The translations under genes and the position numbers were made by a program. DNA of 64,000 nt from Escherichia coli (GTDB lineage: Bacteria; Pseudomonadota; Gammaproteobacteria; Enterobacterales; Enterobacteriaceae), in NCBI RefSeq assembly GCF_050920415.1, contig NZ_CP169309.1; one strand, written 5' to 3'. Within the stretch, counting starts at the first letter, position 1, and each line of letters opens with the position of its first letter. The notes under the pieces were generated by a model. It was not told the DNA's origin. It saw only the letters and a program-made list of their open reading frames with translations, and ran no database searches. Shown piece by piece: positions 38,470-48,501 of this stretch.

Positions 38470-38748
38470 TTAGCTATGACGGCGATTATCGCTACGGCGG
38501 CAACGTTTGTCATAGTGGCGAACCCACCAGTAACGGTCGCACACCTGTTCATGCCCGCCAACACGGGCACCCGCCAGCCAGAGAATGGCACCGACGAAAA
38601 TACTTAGCACTGCACCATGTGCGAAATACTGGGGCATATTAAACTGTGGTAACTGGTTGAGGATTGAATACCCCACGCCGACCACCATTACCACCAGACC
38701 CAACCCCATGAGCACGTTACCGAGTAACGAAGCGTTTTTGCGTTTCAT
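38470..38748 (-). CDS. ychH: Small inner membrane protein YchH
   Basis: 92-aa ORF MKRKNASLLGNVLMGLGLVVMVVGVGYSILNQLPQF... Confidence 0.85.
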   Translation of the reverse strand: MKRKNASLLGNVLMGLGLVVMVVGVGYSILNQLPQFNMPQYFAHGAVLSIFVGAILWLAGARVGGHEQVCDRYWWVRHYDKRCRRSDNRRHS

Positions 38749-39025
38749 ATGTCACCTCCGGAACTTTCTGGGTTGTAACAGGGAATACCCCTCTTCCTTA
38801 TGTGTAAAGTATAGACAACACCCTGTGGGTTATGTGCGGGCGTGATCACAATTACAACCCTTATTTCAACAAAACTTTACAAATAAACGCCTGAACACCT
38901 TGACTTTCTAATAGTCCACTTAGGCAATTATTGCGTTATCTGCATTTGATACGCAGTTTTTTGTCAAGCGGGGCCGCAACCAGTAAACTACGCGCCAGTT
39001 ATGTACACACTCAGGACAAAAAAAC

Positions 39026-39610
39026 GTGACGATTAAATTGATTGTCGGCCTGGCGAACCCCGGCGCTGAATACGCCGCAACGCGACATAATGCTGGTGCC
39101 TGGTTCGTTGACTTACTGGCAGAGCGTTTGCGTGCTCCGCTGCGCGAAGAGGCTAAATTCTTTGGTTATACTTCGCGAGTCACCCTTGGAGGCGAAGATG
39201 TCCGCCTGTTAGTCCCGACTACATTTATGAATCTCAGCGGCAAAGCCGTTGCGGCGATGGCCAGTTTTTTCCGCATTAATCCGGACGAAATTCTGGTTGC
39301 CCACGACGAACTGGATCTGCCACCTGGCGTCGCCAAATTTAAGTTGGGCGGTGGCCATGGTGGTCACAATGGACTGAAAGACATCATCAGTAAATTGGGT
39401 AATAACCCTAACTTTCACCGTTTACGCATCGGAATCGGTCATCCAGGCGATAAAAATAAAGTTGTCGGTTTTGTGTTAGGCAAACCGCCTGTTAGTGAAC
39501 AGAAGTTAATTGATGAAGCCATCGACGAAGCGGCACGTTGTACTGAAATGTGGTTTACAGAGGGCTTGACCAAAGCAACGAACCGATTGCACGCCTTTAA
39601 AGCGCAATAA
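39026..39610 (+). CDS. pth: Peptidyl-tRNA hydrolase
   Basis: 194-aa ORF from GTG: [32 protein letters not shown]... Confidence 0.95.
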   Translation: MTIKLIVGLANPGAEYAATRHNAGAWFVDLLAERLRAPLREEAKFFGYTSRVTLGGEDVRLLVPTTFMNLSGKAVAAMASFFRINPDEILVAHDELDLPPGVAKFKLGGGHGGHNGLKDIISKLGNNPNFHRLRIGIGHPGDKNKVVGFVLGKPPVSEQKLIDEAIDEAARCTEMWFTEGLTKATNRLHAFKAQ

Positions 39611-39726
39611 GTCGTTGTCTGCGGCATTTTTGCCGAGTGCCGTGTATAATAGGCAAAGTTATTTCCATTTCTGCAATCTGTTAGCAATAACAGGTTGATT
39701 ATTAAGATATTAAGGTGATTTAAATC

Positions 39727-40818
39727 ATGGGATTCAAATGCGGTATCGTCGGTTTGCCCAACGTCGGGAAATCTACCCTGTTCAACGCGCTGACCAAAGC
39801 CGGTATTGAAGCGGCCAACTTTCCATTCTGCACCATCGAGCCGAACACAGGCGTCGTACCAATGCCTGACCCTCGCCTGGATCAACTGGCTGAAATCGTA
39901 AAACCGCAGCGTACGCTTCCCACGACCATGGAATTTGTCGATATCGCCGGTCTGGTAAAAGGCGCATCGAAAGGCGAAGGTCTGGGTAACCAGTTCCTGA
40001 CCAACATCCGTGAAACCGAAGCGATCGGTCACGTTGTTCGCTGCTTTGAAAACGACAACATCATTCACGTTTCCGGCAAAGTTAACCCGGCGGATGATAT
40101 TGAAGTTATCAACACAGAACTGGCGCTGGCAGACCTCGACACCTGCGAACGTGCGATTCATCGCGTACAGAAGAAAGCCAAAGGCGGCGATAAAGACGCG
40201 AAAGCCGAGCTGGCGGTACTGGAAAAATGCCTGCCACAGCTGGAAAACGCAGGTATGCTGCGCGCGCTGGATTTAAGCGCTGAAGAGAAAGCGGCTATTC
40301 GTTACCTGAGCTTCCTGACGCTGAAACCAACAATGTACATCGCCAACGTCAACGAAGACGGTTTTGAAAACAACCCGTATCTTGACCAGGTGCGTGAAAT
40401 CGCGGCGAAAGAAGGTTCTGTTGTGGTTCCGGTTTGTGCTGCTGTTGAAGCAGACATTGCCGAACTGGACGACGAAGAACGTGACGAGTTTATGCAGGAG
40501 CTTGGGCTGGAAGAGCCGGGCCTAAACCGCGTGATCCGTGCCGGTTATAAGCTGCTGAACCTGCAAACTTACTTCACCGCTGGGGTGAAAGAAGTGCGTG
40601 CATGGACCATTCCGGTTGGTGCAACCGCGCCGCAGGCCGCTGGCAAAATCCATACTGATTTTGAAAAAGGCTTTATCCGTGCACAAACTATTTCGTTCGA
40701 AGATTTCATCACTTACAAAGGTGAACAAGGCGCGAAAGAAGCGGGCAAAATGCGTGCAGAAGGTAAAGATTACATCGTTAAAGATGGCGATGTAATGAAC
40801 TTCCTGTTCAATGTCTAA
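39727..40818 (+). CDS. ychF: Ribosome-binding ATPase YchF (Obg family)
   Basis: 363-aa ORF with G1 motif [15 protein letters not shown] and TGS domain. Confidence 0.96.
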
Positions 40819-41064
40819 TTAATTTGTTGTCTCATGAGGTTTCGCTAAATCTCATGAAGAGCGCAAAAGTATATAAAATCCACGCAATTGCGTGGATTTT
40901 TTCATTTCACCGAGTCCTAACCATTCTTATAACATCCTACACTTTTGTGCTTATTGCCTATAGTGAACCACGAGAATAATTAAAGACATAAGTGTTCAGA
41001 TGAGGGATATCTCATTAGCAATGAGATCACGTAAGTTTGTGTTCCACTGCACATCAGACACCTT

Positions 41065-41295
41065 TTACAGCTGATCAATATTGATCACGTTCCAATATGC
41101 TGGCGAGAAAAGGACTTGCCTGAAGAGCAATATCCAGCAGATAAAGCCCCCGAATAACGTGATTACGTGCGATCCTGGCAAGATGAAAATGATAACCAGT
41201 ATCACGATAATAACGATATGCCAGAAAATCCATTGATCAAAAATGAATATCGATGTTTTTTGCTTTTTCTTATTAGTAATGCAAAAATGGCTCAT
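41065..41295 (-). CDS. Hypothetical small membrane protein (76 aa), unannotated candidate
   Basis: ORF MSHFCITNKKKQKTSIFIFDQWIFWHIVIIVILVIIFILPGSHVITLFGGFICWILLF... has a Lys-rich N-terminus followed by one or two hydrophobic helices; lies in AT-rich DNA, so a chance ORF cannot be excluded. Confidence 0.25.
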   Translation of the reverse strand: MSHFCITNKKKQKTSIFIFDQWIFWHIVIIVILVIIFILPGSHVITLFGGFICWILLFRQVLFSPAYWNVINIDQL

Positions 41296-41663
41296 ATTGT
41301 TTTTGTTATGCAGTTACATCAAGCGAAAATCCCATAACTAATTAGGATTATTACCAAAAATATTCACCAAATTATTTAACCGCTGTTTGTTGTAATGTTT
41401 TTGTCATATTCATAGTAACGAATTGGAATAAGTAACGACAACTTAGGGAATAACTCGATCTAAACTCACCTTTGTAAAGGGGATGTTAAATATATATTAA
41501 TTCCTGTGTTCCTGATTTTGCCCGGTAATAGAGAATTATTCTCAGAGCAGCTCATCATGATTGCACCATACAAATATCATGATGATAAGAGGATATTATT
41601 CATTGACTTAAACAAAATGACAAAATCCATAGACCCATAGCTTGGGTACTATATAGGAGTGGT

Positions 41664-44531
41664 ATGGGCATCAAACAACACAATGGGAATACCAAAGCCG
41701 ATCGTCTCGCTGAATTAAAAATCCGTTCGCCCTCCATTCAACTGATAAAATATGGCGCTATTGGTTTGAATGCAATTATCTTTTCCCCCCTGCTGATAGC
41801 TGCTGATTTAGGAAGTCAAAATGGCACCAATATTACTATTAATGATGGTGACAGAATTACAGGAGATACCGCCGATCCATCAGGAAACCTCTATGGTGTA
41901 ATGACCCCAGCAGGAAACACGCCTGGCAATATCAACCTGGGTGATGATGTCACCGTCAATGTCAACGACGCCTCTGGATATGCAAAGGGAATCATTATTC
42001 AGGGCAAGAACAGCTCTCTGACAGCTAACCGACTTACAGTAGATGTTGTTGGTCAAACCTCTGCCATCGGCATTAATTTAATTGGTGACTATACACATGC
42101 TGACTTAGGCACAGGCAGCACCATTAAGAGTAACGATGACGGCATCATTATTGGGCATAGCTCAACACTAACAGCCTCTCAATTCACCATTGAAAACTCG
42201 AACGGTATAGGCCTAACCATCAATGACTATGGCACCAGTGTCGATCTTGGAAGCGGTAGTAAAATCAAGACCGATGGAAGTACAGGTGTTTATATCGGTG
42301 GTCTCAACGGCAATAACGCCAACGGTGCTGCGCGTTTTACGGCGACAGACCTGACAATCGATGTTCAGGGCTACAGCGCCATGGGAATAAACGTACAGAA
42401 AAACTCTGTTGTCGATCTCGGAACAAACAGTACCATTAAAACCAATGGCGATAATGCACACGGCCTCTGGAGCTTTGGCCAGGTGAGCGCGAATGCACTC
42501 ACTGTTGATGTAACTGGAGCCGCTGCCAATGGCGTCGAAGTTCGTGGTGGTACAACCACTATCGGTGCTGATAGCCATATTTCTTCCGCGCAGGGCGGTG
42601 GCCTCGTAACCAGTGGTTCAGACGCGACAATCAATTTTTCTGGCACGGCAGCGCAACGAAACAGCATCTTTTCCAGCGGTTCTTATGGTGCCTCAGCCCA
42701 GACGGCAACGGCTGTTATCAACATGCAAAATACCGATATTACGGTTGATCGTAATGGCAGTCTGGCGCTGGGTTTGTGGGCGCTCAGCGGCGGTAGAATA
42801 ACCGGAGACAGTTTGGCTATCACCGGCGCGGCAGGAGCCAGGGGGATTTATGCCATGACCAACAGCCAGATCGATCTCACGAGCGATCTGGTCATTGATA
42901 TGAGTACACCCGACCAGATGGCCATCGCAACGCAACATGACGATGGTTATGCCGCCAGCCGCATCAACGCCTCGGGTCGTATGCTTATCAACGGTAGCGT
43001 TCTTTCTAAAGGTGGGCTAATCAATCTGGATATGCACCCTGGGTCGGTTTGGACAGGTTCTTCCCTCAGCGATAATGTCAATGGCGGAAAACTGGACGTT
43101 GCAATGAATAACAGCGTCTGGAACGTAACAAGTAATTCTAATCTCGACACGCTGGCGCTGAGCCATTCAACTGTCGATTTTGCCAGCCACGCGTCAACTG
43201 CCGGCACATTTACCACATTAAACGTAGAGAACCTTAGCGGTAACAGTACCTTTATTATGCGTGCTGATGTTGTTGGCGAGGGTAATGGCGTTAATAATAA
43301 AGGAGATTTATTGAATATCTGCGGGAGTAGTGCTGGTAATCACGTATTGGCTATCCGTAACCAGGGCAGCGAGGCCACAACGGGAAATGAAGTTCTGACA
43401 GTGGTAAAAACCACTGACGGCGCGGCCTCGTTCAGCGCGTCTTCTCAGGTTGAGTTGGGGGGATATCTGTATGATGTGCGTAAAAATGGCACTAACTGGG
43501 AGCTTTATGCTTCCGGGACAATTCCGGAGCCGACTCCTAATCCAGAGCCCACACCAGCTCCCGCTCAGCCCCCCATAGTCAACCCCGATCCTACGCCTGC
43601 CCCCGCTCCCACGCCTAAACCCACCACGACCGCAGATGCTGGCGGCAATTATCTCAATGTCGGTTACTTATTGAACTATGTTGAAAACCGTACGCTGATG
43701 CAACGGATGGGTGACCTGCGAAATCAGGGTAAAGACGGTAATATCTGGTTGCGCAGTTATGGGGGAAGCCTGGACTCCTTTGCCAGTGGCAAACTGAGCG
43801 GCTTTGACATGGGTTACAGCGGTATCCAGTTTGGTGGGGATAAACGTCTCTCTGATGAAATGCCGTTGTATGTCGGTCTGTATATTGGCTCAACACATGC
43901 ATCGCCGGACTATAGCGGAGGCGACGGTACCGCACGTTCAGACTACATGGGAATGTACGCCAGTTACATGGCACACAACGGTTTTTACAGCGATCTCGTT
44001 GTAAAAGCATCGCACCAGAAAAATAGTTTCCACGTACTGGACAGTCAGAACAACGGCGTTAACGCCAACGGCACTGCGAATGGATTGAGCATCTCCCTGG
44101 AAGCCGGGCAGAGGTTCAACCTGACCCCTACTGGTTATGGGTTCTATATAGAGCCGCAAACCCAGCTCACATACAGCCACCAGAATGGGATGGCTATGAA
44201 GGCGAGTAATGGTCTCAATATACATCTGAATCACTACGAATCGCTGCTGGGGCGTGCCAGCATGATACTGGGATATGACATCACCGCAGGCAACAGCCAG
44301 CTGAATGTCTATGTGAAGACTGGCGCTATCCGCGAGTTTTCAGGGGATACCGAATATCTGTTGAACAACTCCCGGGAGAAGTACAGTTTCAAAGGTAATG
44401 GCTGGAATAACGGCGTGGGAGTCAGTGCACAGTATAACAAACAGCACACATTCTATCTCGAAGCGGATTACACGCAGGGTAACCTCTTTGATCAGAAGCA
44501 AGTCAACGGAGGATATCGCTTCAGCTTTTAA
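41664..44531 (+). CDS. ycgV: Autotransporter adhesin (YcgV-type; type Va secretion)
   Basis: 955-aa ORF; GGAG SD upstream; repetitive Gly/Thr/Asn-rich beta-helix passenger; Pro-rich linker PEPTPNPEPTPAPAQPPIVNPDPTPAPAPTPKPTTT; C-terminal beta-barrel ending ...GGYRFSF. Confidence 0.9.
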   Translation: MGIKQHNGNTKADRLAELKIRSPSIQLIKYGAIGLNAIIFSPLLIAADLGSQNGTNITINDGDRITGDTADPSGNLYGVMTPAGNTPGNINLGDDVTVNVNDASGYAKGIIIQGKNSSLTANRLTVDVVGQTSAIGINLIGDYTHADLGTGSTIKSNDDGIIIGHSSTLTASQFTIENSNGIGLTINDYGTSVDLGSGSKIKTDGSTGVYIGGLNGNNANGAARFTATDLTIDVQGYSAMGINVQKNSVVDLGTNSTIKTNGDNAHGLWSFGQVSANALTVDVTGAAANGVEVRGGTTTIGADSHISSAQGGGLVTSGSDATINFSGTAAQRNSIFSSGSYGASAQTATAVINMQNTDITVDRNGSLALGLWALSGGRITGDSLAITGAAGARGIYAMTNSQIDLTSDLVIDMSTPDQMAIATQHDDGYAASRINASGRMLINGSVLSKGGLINLDMHPGSVWTGSSLSDNVNGGKLDVAMNNSVWNVTSNSNLDTLALSHSTVDFASHASTAGTFTTLNVENLSGNSTFIMRADVVGEGNGVNNKGDLLNICGSSAGNHVLAIRNQGSEATTGNEVLTVVKTTDGAASFSASSQVELGGYLYDVRKNGTNWELYASGTIPEPTPNPEPTPAPAQPPIVNPDPTPAPAPTPKPTTTADAGGNYLNVGYLLNYVENRTLMQRMGDLRNQGKDGNIWLRSYGGSLDSFASGKLSGFDMGYSGIQFGGDKRLSDEMPLYVGLYIGSTHASPDYSGGDGTARSDYMGMYASYMAHNGFYSDLVVKASHQKNSFHVLDSQNNGVNANGTANGLSISLEAGQRFNLTPTGYGFYIEPQTQLTYSHQNGMAMKASNGLNIHLNHYESLLGRASMILGYDITAGNSQLNVYVKTGAIREFSGDTEYLLNNSREKYSFKGNGWNNGVGVSAQYNKQHTFYLEADYTQGNLFDQKQVNGGYRFSF

Positions 44532-44630
44532 GTGCGGGATAGACAAGCCCTTAAACGATGCTGAAAATTTTTAGCGTGCGCCGGAATGAAATACAGATCA
44601 CTCTGATGTATCAGAAATCGTCTCTGTCTT

Positions 44631-46550
44631 TCATACCCGGCGCTTAAACTGCCCTGCATCAATGCCATGTTGCTTCATTTTCCGCCACAGCGTAGTGCGG
44701 CCGATTCCAAGTAAAGCCGACATTTCCTGAATGCGACCGCCTGTGACCTGGGCTGCGTTAATAATTGCCTCTTTTTCAACTTCCGCAAATGACAGACTGG
44801 TGGAAAGGCGAGTGGCGCTGACATCATCTGTCGCCTGCTCGGTAAACAGATGTTCAGGTAAATCACTGACGCGAATGCGCCCGTTATCACTACTCAGAGC
44901 AAGATTCTCGATGACGCTGTAAAGTTCAAAATCGTTGCCTGGCCATGCACAAGAAACCAGGCGAGCGAGGGCATCGTCATCAATTTTCAGACGCGTAGAG
45001 AAGCGTTTTTCAAGACTGCGTAATTTGTTATTCACCAGCGCCGGAATGCTGCCACGCCGCATACGCAGAGGCGGGATGGTAATTTCAAATGCATGCAGCG
45101 CGTAATACAGCTGGCGACTAAAGCGATTTTGTTCCACCAGCATTGCCAGGTCCGCGGTCGTTGTGGCAATCACTTTGACATCAATTGGTATTAAACGCCG
45201 CGCATCCAGTCGCGTGATAACACCCTGCTTGATAACCTGAAGCAAAGCAGACTGTAACTCCACCGCCAGATATTCAATCTTTTCAAGAAACAGCGTGCCG
45301 CCGTGCGCCAGTTCCAGTCGACTCAGACGACCATTTTCATTGTCCGTGCGATCGCCGCCAATAAATTCTTCCGCCAGCGCCGCATCACCATATAACTCAC
45401 AATTGACGGCGATATAAGGCCCCGCTGCACGCTCACTTTCATTATGAATTGCCTGACTTAGCAGTGCCTTGCCCACGCCCTCTTCTCCACAAAGCAGGAC
45501 AGGAAAGCTACTGCGCGCCGCCTGGCGACCAAAATGAATCAAGCGGCGGGTTTGCGGATCGTCCTGTGGCATATGAGCGAAAGTATGGCTGACTTTTCCT
45601 AATTGACTGGTCATTAACTGCCGCATCTGTTCCACAGGATGGAGCAACAAAATAAAGCTGGTTCCCTGCGTTTCTATTATCGGTTTAAGGGTTATCACCG
45701 CATCAATAAACTGGTGCTGACTTTCAAAGGTTGCTTCTACGTGTTTGAGCGGATGTGCCTGTTTTATTGCTTGTTGCAATACGGCGGGTAACGTTAAGAG
45801 TTCAGTGATCGCCCTTCCCTGACTTGCCGTCGCGTCAAGGCGCAAGGCCCGCGCCGCCTGGGCATTGATAAATTGCAAATTACCCTGCTCGTCCCAGCTA
45901 ATCACGCCATCATCCATACTTTCTAACAGGGCATTAAGTTGATTTAAATGACGGTTAGTTTCAGCGAGCAAACTGTCCGTCAGCAGTAAATTTCCGACCT
46001 CGCGTGCGATTGCCAACGTCAACGGCAAATCAGCTGCGGTAGTTTGCTCAACCGGACACGCCAGCGCTATTGTTCCCGTCAATCGGCCCTTGCTGTCAAA
46101 CAACGGTGTTGCACAAAAGGCCCAGTTCCAGAGTGCCTGTTTGAAATGTTGATCGGCCATCGTTTTCACGGCCTGACCAGAGATAGCCGCTAACGATAGC
46201 GCACAGGTACCAATAATTCCCTCTGCGCAATACGTGCCGTCATTGAATCCCAGGACACTAAGCTGGTGCAGCGTTTGTGGATCACCAAAACGACTAAGGA
46301 TGCAGGCGGTTTCATCAAGGATGAACAGTCCGCACGCCCGCGATTCCATATATTCCCAGGCATCTTCCAGCGCAGCCTGCCCGAGCGTCAGCATCGCTTT
46401 CTTACGCCGATAGATAGTAGCAAATGTCACGCCCTGGGCCTGGTGCGGTACGCTCCATGTCTCCCGTTTCATCAGTTTATTGCATCGCTCCCAGGAGGCT
46501 GCAATTAAGGGAGATATGCCCCGTTCATCGTTGTTAAAAGCGCCACTCAT
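44631..46550 (-). CDS. dhaR: Dihydroxyacetone kinase operon transcriptional activator DhaR (GAF/PAS, sigma54-type AAA+, HTH)
   Basis: 639 aa from ATG 46550 (MSGAFNNDERGISPLIAASWERCNKLM...); the track ORF extends 27 codons upstream. AAA+ motif GEEGVGKALL, C-terminal HTH. Confidence 0.92.
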   Translation of the reverse strand: MSGAFNNDERGISPLIAASWERCNKLMKRETWSVPHQAQGVTFATIYRRKKAMLTLGQAALEDAWEYMESRACGLFILDETACILSRFGDPQTLHQLSVLGFNDGTYCAEGIIGTCALSLAAISGQAVKTMADQHFKQALWNWAFCATPLFDSKGRLTGTIALACPVEQTTAADLPLTLAIAREVGNLLLTDSLLAETNRHLNQLNALLESMDDGVISWDEQGNLQFINAQAARALRLDATASQGRAITELLTLPAVLQQAIKQAHPLKHVEATFESQHQFIDAVITLKPIIETQGTSFILLLHPVEQMRQLMTSQLGKVSHTFAHMPQDDPQTRRLIHFGRQAARSSFPVLLCGEEGVGKALLSQAIHNESERAAGPYIAVNCELYGDAALAEEFIGGDRTDNENGRLSRLELAHGGTLFLEKIEYLAVELQSALLQVIKQGVITRLDARRLIPIDVKVIATTTADLAMLVEQNRFSRQLYYALHAFEITIPPLRMRRGSIPALVNNKLRSLEKRFSTRLKIDDDALARLVSCAWPGNDFELYSVIENLALSSDNGRIRVSDLPEHLFTEQATDDVSATRLSTSLSFAEVEKEAIINAAQVTGGRIQEMSALLGIGRTTLWRKMKQHGIDAGQFKRRV

Positions 46551-46777
46551 ATCCCGCATCCTTTGTGACAAAAGGTGTTCCGGCTCGCAATTTTTAGTAT
46601 TAAAACGCGTAAAAGTTTCAATATGGAACATTCATTAAAACATATGTTTCACCATGAAACATAATTTGGGCTAATTTTCTTTTCCCTTACCTGATGCACA
46701 ATGGATTTATCGGCAGTCAGTGGTCGCCGTGTCGTTGAACATCATCCATGCCCTACCGTAATTGCTGGAGCAAGATA

Positions 46778-47848
46778 ATGAAAAAATTGATCAATGATGT
46801 GCAAGACGTTCTGGACGAACAACTGGCGGGTCTGGCGAAAGCACATTCATCGCTGACACTGCATCAGGATCCGGTGTATGTCACCCGAGCTGATGCCCCC
46901 GTTGCAGGAAAAGTCGCCCTGCTGTCGGGCGGCGGCAGCGGACACGAACCGATGCACTGCGGTTATATCGGTCAGGGGATGCTTTCGGGGGCCTGTCCGG
47001 GCGAAATATTCACCTCACCGACGCCCGATAAAATTTTTGAATGCGCCATGCAAGTTGATGGCGGCGAAGGTGTACTGCTGATTATCAAAAATTACACCGG
47101 CGATATTCTTAACTTTGAAACAGCAACAGAATTACTGCACGATAGCGGCGTAAAAGTGACCACCGTGGTCATTGATGACGACGTTGCAGTAAAAGACAGT
47201 CTTTATACCGCTGGGCGGCGCGGCGTTGCCAACACCGTATTAATCGAAAAACTCGTAGGCGCAGCGGCAGAACGTGGCGACTCGCTGGAGGCTTGTGCAC
47301 AACTGGGGCGTAAGTTGAACAATCAGGGCCATTCTATTGGTATCGCCCTCAATGCCTGTACCGTTCCTGCCGCGGGAAAACCTTCTTTTACGCTGGCAGA
47401 TAATGAGATGGAGTTTGGCGTCGGCATTCATGGTGAGCCGGGTATTGACCGCCGCCCCTTCTCCTCCCTTGACCAAACCGTCGATGAAATGTTCGACACC
47501 CTGCTGGAAAATGGCACATACCACCGCACGCTCCGCTTCTGGGATTATCGACAAGGTAGCTGGCAGGAAGAGACGCAAACTAAACAACCGCTTCAGTCTG
47601 GCGATCGAGTAATTGCACTCGTCAACAATCTTGGTGCAACTCCGCTTTCTGAACTGTATGGCGTCTATAACCGCCTGGCCACGCGTTGCCAGCAAGCGGG
47701 CTTGACTATCGAGCGCAATTTAATCGGCGCGTATTGTACCTCACTGGACATGACCGGTTTTTCCATCACCTTACTGAAAGTTGATGACGAAACGCTGGCG
47801 TTATGGGACGCCCCGGTCCACACCCCGGCGCTTAACTGGGGTAAATAA
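46778..47848 (+). CDS. dhaK: Dihydroxyacetone kinase, DHA-binding subunit
   Basis: 356 aa from ATG 46778 (MKKLINDVQDVLDEQLAGLAKAH...); divergent from dhaR. Confidence 0.94.
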   Translation: MKKLINDVQDVLDEQLAGLAKAHSSLTLHQDPVYVTRADAPVAGKVALLSGGGSGHEPMHCGYIGQGMLSGACPGEIFTSPTPDKIFECAMQVDGGEGVLLIIKNYTGDILNFETATELLHDSGVKVTTVVIDDDVAVKDSLYTAGRRGVANTVLIEKLVGAAAERGDSLEACAQLGRKLNNQGHSIGIALNACTVPAAGKPSFTLADNEMEFGVGIHGEPGIDRRPFSSLDQTVDEMFDTLLENGTYHRTLRFWDYRQGSWQEETQTKQPLQSGDRVIALVNNLGATPLSELYGVYNRLATRCQQAGLTIERNLIGAYCTSLDMTGFSITLLKVDDETLALWDAPVHTPALNWGK

Positions 47849-47858
47849 GGAGATAACC

Positions 47859-48491
47859 ATGTCACTGAGCAGAACTCAAATTGTTAACTGGCTCACTCGC
47901 TGTGGAGAAATTTTCAGCAAAGAGAGCGAGTATCTTACCGGACTGGATCGCGAAATTGGCGACGCTGACCACGGGCTAAATATGAACCGTGGCTTTAGCA
48001 AGGTGGTAGAAAAACTCCCTGCTATCGCAGATAAAGATATCGGTTTCATTCTCAAGAATACCGGCATGACGCTGCTTTCCAGCGTCGGTGGTGCCAGTGG
48101 TCCGCTGTTCGGTACTTTCTTTATCCGCGCCGCACAGGCGACACAGGCACGGCAAAGCCTGACGCTGGAAGAACTGTATCAGATGTTCCGCGATGGTGTA
48201 GACGGCGTAATCAGCCGCGGGAAAGCCGAACCTGGCGATAAAACTATGTGTGATGTCTGGGTGCCGGTGGTGGAATCGTTACGTCAGTCCAGCGAGCAAA
48301 ATCTCTCTGTTCCGGTGGCGCTCGAAGCCGCCAGTAGCGTCGCTGAATCCGCTGCACAAAGTACGATTACGATGCAAGCCCGCAAAGGCCGCGCCAGTTA
48401 TCTCGGTGAACGCAGTATTGGTCACCAGGATCCCGGCGCGACCTCCGTGATGTTTATGATGCAAATGCTGGCGTTAGCCGCAAAAGAGTAA
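47859..48491 (+). CDS. dhaL: Dihydroxyacetone kinase, ADP-binding subunit
   Basis: 210 aa from ATG 47859 (MSLSRTQIVNWLTRCGEIFSKESEYLTGLDREIGDADHG...). Confidence 0.94.
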   Translation: MSLSRTQIVNWLTRCGEIFSKESEYLTGLDREIGDADHGLNMNRGFSKVVEKLPAIADKDIGFILKNTGMTLLSSVGGASGPLFGTFFIRAAQATQARQSLTLEELYQMFRDGVDGVISRGKAEPGDKTMCDVWVPVVESLRQSSEQNLSVPVALEAASSVAESAAQSTITMQARKGRASYLGERSIGHQDPGATSVMFMMQMLALAAKE

Positions 48492-48501
48492 GGAAATGGT
48501 G

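Noticed and set aside
40835-40865. Direct repeat AATCTCATGA x2 just after ychF
   Set aside because: Short (10 bp), AT-rich, and contains the self-complementary CTCATGAG only by chance; no evidence of a mobile-element terminus or att site
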